This document shows positions 1 through 64,000 of a DNA stretch of 64,000 nt, piece by piece. Origin of the DNA: Vicugna vicugna (Eukaryota). The notes beneath the pieces were generated by a model. That model was given only the letters and a program-made list of their open reading frames with translations. It was not told the origin of the DNA and searched no databases. The number at the start of each line of letters is the position of its first letter. Position 1 is the first letter of the stretch. The stretch is from NCBI GenBank assembly GCA_013265495.1, contig MU058221.1:5502066-5566065 (forward strand), written 5' to 3'. The position numbers and the translations under genes are program-made.

Positions 1-199
1 GCAGAAGTGCTCATAAATCAGTCCTGTCCGTTTGCATCAACAGAACGTTAGTCCTGTTACATATTTACCAGCTCGTCTCTTTCTGGGAGTGAAATGAACT
101 CAAATTTCTAAGAAGGCTCCTTTCTTTTCTTTTAAACCAACACATACTTATTATTCCCAGTTTCTGAGAGTCAGGAATTTGGGCAAAGTTTAAGTGCAT

Positions 200-520
200 T
201 CTCTGCTTTACAGTCTCCCCCAGGCTGCAATAAAGGAGTCAGCTGGGGCTACGGTCTCATCTGATGGCTCGACTGGGCGAGGATCCACTTCTAAGCGGAC
301 GTGGCTGTTGGTGGAATTTGGTTCCTTGCAGACTACTCGACTGCAGTCCTCAGTTGCTAGTTGGTTGTTGGTCACAGGCCACCTTCAATTATTTGCCACG
401 TGGGCCCCTCTAACATGGTAGCTTACTCCGTCAAAGTGTGCACGCCAAGAAGGTAACAGAGGCGTCTGCTAACAGCAGTTGCTGAAATCCCTTAGTATCT
501 AATTCCCAAGGCAACTCTAA
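200..520 (-). mobile_element. Ancient MaLR LTR fragment (MLT1-type)
   Basis: GGCTGCAATAAAGG..TCAGCTGGGGCT..GGTCTCATCTGA.GGCTCGACTGGG..GGATCCACTTC resembles MLT1 LTRs; boundaries approximate. Confidence 0.55.
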
Positions 521-1283
521 AAGTTCTTCCCACCCCACCTCTCTTCTTATGAAGCTCTCTTATCCTGCCAGATAACTGCTTCTCATATGGAGTTTCAGCT
601 TTATTTACAGCTTTGGAAAAACTTGATTTGAAGCACTTATAAAAATGCAAGTGACACAATTTTTAAAAAGGAAAAATGTTTGCCATGTGATTTCCGATGT
701 CATCATTAAGATGCGGGATATAGCAAGTCACTGGCTGATCTCCAAGCCTCACTGGACTATTTAACTAATCCTTTTCAATATTTCTGTTCCTGGCTCTACG
801 TCTTCCTCTCCTCCCCCTACCTGCCCAAGAGACAGGCCCTGGGGCTGTAGGCTGCCCTGGAGGACCACCTACTGACACTGTCTGGAGACCTGAACTGGCC
901 CCATTGGGCTGGGTATGACACAAGAGAGAGACAGATGGTCCCATGTCCCCTGGTGTGGGTCATCTGAGAGAAGAAACCTGTCAGTGTGTCAATGGGAGGG
1001 CGGTGGTGGTGGGGGGAGATCCAATAAATGAGAATGTCATGGATCCCAGCAGTGATGACGTGAGCTTGTCCTCAGCCCTGAGGAACAGAAGGGTCTTCTC
1101 AGCTACAGAGGGAACAGATGCATTTCTTCCTCTGGCTGAAGGAGCCTCACGGGGAGAGATGGTCATCTCTATGATGACAGGGACCCGGGCAGCCTAACCC
1201 AGTTCTTATGGTATCACCTGCCTTAGGGCCAGATGGCTACTTGTGAAATGAGTGAGACCCTGACTCGCCGGCACATCCTCAGT

Positions 1284-1380
1284 GCCTAGAGCGGCGCCCA
1301 GCTCACATCAGGCATTCACAATTGGTACAGGGCCTAGAACGACGCCCAGCTCACACCAGGCATTCACAATTAGTAAGAGG
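1284..1380. repeat. Direct tandem duplication, 48-bp units
   Basis: GCCTAGA..CGCCCAGCTCACA.CAGGCATTCACAATT starting at 1284 and 1332. Confidence 0.88.
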
Positions 1381-2404
1381 GCTGCCATGGGAATAGGATG
1401 CCAGGAGCGAGTGTGGGAAGGAAAATAAGCTGCCTTATTTTCAAGGGACATCAATATAAAATCCTTACCCCTGGTCACTGGATCTGGCAACCCTATGGTC
1501 TTCCCCCTGAGACTGGACTAGGATCTACAGGTGGCAGATTTATTTTGCACTGAGGGTTTTTAAATCACATCTACGCTGGTAGATCAGAAAACTTAAGCAA
1601 AACCAAAGAAAGCCCCAAACCCAGAGCACCAGTGTCCAGGCCAGACAGTGGCGCCACCTGGTGACGAGCTTGGTTCAGAGCAGGCCTGTCTCAGCAGGGG
1701 AAGGGAGAACCCTGTCTGTCTACTCAAGGCTGAGAGTCCTTCCTATTTGCATTCAGAGTGCATCTTGAGCTGGGAAGGATGTCGGTGATCTCAGCAAGCT
1801 TTCTGAGCGCCTGACTCATCTTTATACCCACTGAGGACCTGGCACACTGAAGGGAAATGTTTGATGAAATGGGAAAACTGAATTCAGCTCCACCATTTTC
1901 TGAGAAATCTCAGAAATCTCATAGTCACATTCTGGGGAAGTCCCAGAAAGTACACCACTGCCTTCCTGACCCCAACGCTGGAGACCTTAATGAGCCAAAA
2001 CCCAGAGCTGGGTGGCACGGGCTCTGGTACCGTAACTCAGGACGGACATTCTTGGAGCCTGAGGAAGGCAGACTTCTTTCTAGAGCTGCCAGTGAGAGAA
2101 GGTGGCCCAGAACACAACGACATATAAAATCCCACCACACACCGCACATATTTGATAGCAGAGATGAGACCAAGAAATTAAAGCAACTTAAACAATATCA
2201 TTCGGCATGGCTGTTGGGGCCACGCTCAGACCCACGCTTTCTCCCTGACATCCCCTAGGTACCCCTAACCCATGGCTCACACATCACTGTATAGAGGTCC
2301 TGACCAGCATCTGCTGCACCCAAACCATTCTGCACCTGCACCGCAGGAAGTGAGAACTGTGTCCCCGGGCTGATAGCATCACCTCCCCCCAAGGCAGTTC
2401 TTAC

Positions 2405-42971
<40,567 letters not shown>

Positions 42972-43311
42972 ATGTTAACGTTTAACCCTAATGTCAGGAA
43001 AGCAGAACACGGGTCATCACTCATCCAGCATTATCGCTGATAATGCAGACTGACTTAAAAAGAATTGAACCTTTCTTTTTAAACCAAACCGCCCCTGAAG
43101 CGCGAGTCACCCCCCTGGGCCCCCGCTGTGAGGGACGTCGCTGCTCGTTCCTTCAGCTCCGCGCCCCTGCGGCGTTTATCCGCTCACGTCAGTAGTGGGG
43201 TCGGTGGTATCCTAACTTCAGGGATGGTTAGTTGTGAAAAATTGTGCATCTTAGAGCTGATCAGACAACAGTGGCAGTTTAGTCTGCAGAGCTGGGAAAG
43301 CGAAGACTATA

Positions 43312-43317
43312 AATAAA
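43312..43317 (+). terminator. Probable PTCD3 polyadenylation signal
   Basis: AATAAA about 340 nt after the stop codon, followed by T/GT-rich sequence. Confidence 0.65.
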
Positions 43318-45648
43318 TGTTGTAATTAAGGTCTGCATGTTTTCATTTTTATGTAAGTCTTGCTGGTCTTCCACTAGGTGTGGGGCTCGCACGGGAATGT
43401 TTCATCTCTATGTGTGCTGGCACCTTCTTCGGGTGTGCTGGCACTTAGTGATCTGAATGAGGGCTTGTGAGGACAGAAGGATTGCAGTGTCTCTGTGACC
43501 TGATTGCGTATCGCTGATAATGCAGCTGGTCCGGAGCCTCGTACCCCTGTGGCTCTCGGGCGGTCCTGGAAGCAAACAGGAGCTTGTGAGGTGTGCGGGC
43601 GTTCCGCGGGGCTCCTAGCACAGGCTGCTTCGCTCTCATCTGACTCCCAGGTTTACGCAGGCATCCCGTGAGTTCTCAGGTAAGCAGCTGCATCCTTAAC
43701 CTGCTGGGACTGCCGTTCTGTGGGCTGCTGGGTGGAACGTACGTGCCCGTCCCCATCTCTGTTGGCCATCCTCTGGCCAGGACCCAGTCATACATCCTTG
43801 GAAACCTAAGTACTGGTGCTTCATGGTTTCCCCTAGATTGTCAGTTTTAAGATTCCCCAACCTCAGGGCCCCTGCGCGTCAACAGGAAGGAACCCAGGGG
43901 AGCTTAGCCTTGGTTCAGGGAGGTGGTGACCACTGGACCTGATGAAGAGTGATTTGCCTGAGATGTAATCCTTTTTATTTCCCTTTTATGTTAAATTATC
44001 TGCTATTCTGCACTGAATTCATCCAGGTCACTTTAAAACTGGTGGGACAGCTCATATAAGACTTGGAGACTGCTTTTATCCAGACCCTGTTAGGAAAGCA
44101 GGTTTAATACTAAAGAATATAGAAGTAGGGTGCCTTAAGAAAGGCTGTCCAAATTTACATTTTAGTTACATTATTGACTTAGAAACTTTAGACCATATCA
44201 AGGCAAAGATTCGAGTTTTAATGTTAATTAAATGCAGGCATGAGTTTAAAATGTTGAGGAACGTTGTCCTAAGCACTCAGGAGGGAGGCAGCCCGGTCTG
44301 AGGCTGAAATAGGGAGAGGATGAGAGCCTTGGCAGTGGCAGGGGCGCAACTTTCTACTTGGATTTTGAAGGAAGACAGGCTGAAGAGAAGCTGCCGAAAT
44401 GCCCAGGGCTGCACCCGCCTTCCCCAAGCCTTGCCCCTTTGACTCCAAGTCTTGCAGTGGAACTGGGAACCCACATGCAGGCTCTTTGGGCCCAAGTAAA
44501 GGCCCCTTTCCCTGAAGGGTTGCTGGGGGCACCTCAGGAAGAGTCGAGCCTTATAGTCCTGACAAGGAGAAATCAAAGCCGGGACAGCAGAGCCCCCTTT
44601 TCAGCAGCATCTTGCTTCCCAGTATGTGGTGGGGGGGCTGGGGGGGATGTGCTAAAGGAACTTCTGAAATGAAAAGCTAGTGGTCTTCGTCATTTTGACT
44701 TAACAAAGTTAAAGTAAACCGCTCAGTATTGCTTCTTGTGAGCGCAGACAACCACATCTGACGGAAGTTACTCCTGGGCTCCTAGAGAAATTTAGATTTC
44801 CTTATAATCTATGTTTTACATATTTCATGAGTAAAAGAAAAATTATAAACACTTCTAATATGACAAATAGGTAAGTAATCAGCTTTAGCAAGTTAATGTG
44901 TTTTACCATTTCATGCTGTTGCAAAGGGGAAGAAAGACTAATTTAGAACCTCATTAGCTGCTAGTGAAAGCTGAGTGGTCCGCAGGTACCGAGAGCGCCT
45001 CTTCCTGCAGAGGTTATCACAGCGTACGCAGTTCCCGGCAGAGAACTCGATGTGTTTTGTTGAATTAAGAATCCACTTAGGAGTAAGATAAGGAATATGA
45101 ACAAGTCAGCCCGTGCCAGAACGGACCGAAGGACAAGGTCAGGTGCCGTGCAGAAGTGAACGGGACAGTCCAAAGTCGGACGCTGGCATATACCTGCAGA
45201 AACAGAAAACCAACCCTCCCTCCCTTTCTTTTCGTGATTTGTAGATACACTGCTCAGATAAAAGTGCCTCTTTAATAATGTGGACACGGAAAAGCCCAAT
45301 GATAATTTTGGGAAAAAAACATGGACAGTATTTTCATGAAGTAAAACATAAAAGGAATTTGCTTACCCAACATGGCAACTGCTCTAATCTTCAGAGACTA
45401 GGTAAGAAAGTTCTCTGGGTTGTATGTCAGACCGGTTCGAACATACCCCAGAAACTATTCAGTGCCCTTAGGGGTCCAGGCTCACCCCCACTCCAGTCCA
45501 TATGCCCGGGAGCAGCAAGCTCAGCCGGGGGTTCAGAAACAGGAGCTGTGAACTGTTTTGAGGGCTGAGGGACTGATTTGTGGGGAGAGAAGAGATCAAC
45601 GTTTTTCTAACGCCCCAGACCGGAACACAGCGCATCACACGTAGAAAG

Positions 45649-45950
45649 GAGAGCTACTGGGCCCTGCAAGAAAATACTCAAAGCTTTAGACAACCCAGCC
45701 ACAAATGGTGGTTATATATACAGTGAGTATCCATTGGGAAAACTAAGATGAGAACTGGAGGAAAACACAAATTGTAAAGCGCTTAGAAAAATAAGCTGAG
45801 AGCTACTGGGCCCTGCAAGAAAATACTCAAAAGCTTTAGACAACCCAGCCACAAATGGTGGTTATATATACAGTGAGTATCCATTGGGAAACACTAAGAT
45901 GAGAACTGGAGGAAAACACAAATTGTAAAGCGCTTAGAAAAATAAGCTGA
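45649..45950. repeat. Direct tandem duplication, 149/151-bp units
   Basis: Copy 1 45649-45797, copy 2 45798-45948; they differ only by two single-base indels; GA microhomology at the junction. Confidence 0.96.
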
Positions 45951-46601
45951 AATGAATCAATCTCTAAGTTGTCCTATGTTAAGGGTGTGTTTGATGTCAG
46001 GTGAAGTCTTGTGTGCAGCTAGTGATACTCTGCTTTGACCCCACATCAGTGGTGGGGTATTTTCCAATGCTGCTCGCCTACAGTTAATGTTCTTCAAATG
46101 TGTGACATTTGTCCTATGGCAATATTTTATTATGTTGCTTTTGGACTTGTTGGATATATAGGAACTGCATATAGCTCGGGGGTGGGGGGAGTAGGAAGGG
46201 AATGCTATGATTCCAGAAACTTCCCTGTATATATAACACACACATCAGAGGGTATGTATGTGGGTGTACTGGGTCCCAATATATTTTTTCCTGTGGTGGC
46301 AGTCCAAAGTCTGACTCCAGTGCCTTTCAAATCACTAGAATGAAGTATCTCCACTTACTTATAAATATATTGGTATTCTGACCTGTACATCAGTCTTCTG
46401 AGTTTGACCAGCAGGAGTCAGTTCAACACAATCTTCAAAGCCAAGAACAGGCCTAGGACGTGAGACCCAGCTCACAGCCGGGAAGCTGCCAAGGACTTCC
46501 TACTTCTGCTGTTGCTGCTTCTCAGGGAAGTTCCTATACACACAACAAACCAGAAATGGTACTTTTTGAAAAGGGATAAGCTACTCCGTTTTCATCTTTG
46601 T

Positions 46602-46607
46602 TTTATT
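46602..46607 (-). terminator. Probable IMMT polyadenylation signal
   Basis: AATAAA on the minus strand about 300 nt after the IMMT stop codon. Confidence 0.7.
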
Positions 46608-46910
46608 CAGTTTGCTCCAAGGGCAAAATCAATAATAATAGCGATCACAAACATTATTTTGATTGGCTCACAAGCCTGATCAGTAACACCTGAAAAACAA
46701 AATGTTACACAAGTTGCAAATGAAGTGCTCCCGGAGGTGACCGACATGATAGCAAGAGGAAGTAAGATAAACGCAGCAGGTGTTAACACTCAGGACAGCA
46801 CTGCAGCCTGCTCGTGACTAGACAACTCTGAGACCCTGTCGCAGACCCTTCACGTGTCACTGCCGACTTCCTCCGACGTGAAACGGGACTCACAAGACCC
46901 CTCCCAGACC

Positions 46911-63976
<17,066 letters not shown>

Positions 63977-64000
63977 CTTGGAAATGAAAAACATTCGACA

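Overview
This is mammalian genomic DNA, probably from a camelid judging by its young tRNA-derived SINEs and L1 tail. It covers the conserved POLR1A-PTCD3-IMMT locus. The minus strand carries POLR1A coding exons 1-9 (2405-16763; the gene runs off the left edge). The plus strand carries the complete 24-exon PTCD3/mS39 gene (17213-42971, 688 aa), arranged head-to-head with POLR1A across a ~450 bp shared promoter and hosting the box C/D snoRNA SNORD94 in intron 21. The minus strand also carries IMMT/MIC60 exons 4-15 (46911-63976), convergent with PTCD3 and including a 15-nt microexon. All 45 exons were placed by hand at GT/AG boundaries and join in continuous reading frames. Most entries in the ORF track are intronic noise. 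I found no evidence of a new multi-gene system. The most notable observations are (1) a local burst of A/T-to-G/C substitutions that changes amino acids at the start of the last IMMT exon, suggesting GC-biased gene conversion; (2) a 667-bp intronic tandem duplication with uneven divergence, plus three smaller duplications; (3) an L1 fragment with no 3' end; (4) candidate uORFs on both sides of the bidirectional promoter. Comparisons with human, mouse and repeat consensus sequences are from memory and need to be confirmed by alignment.
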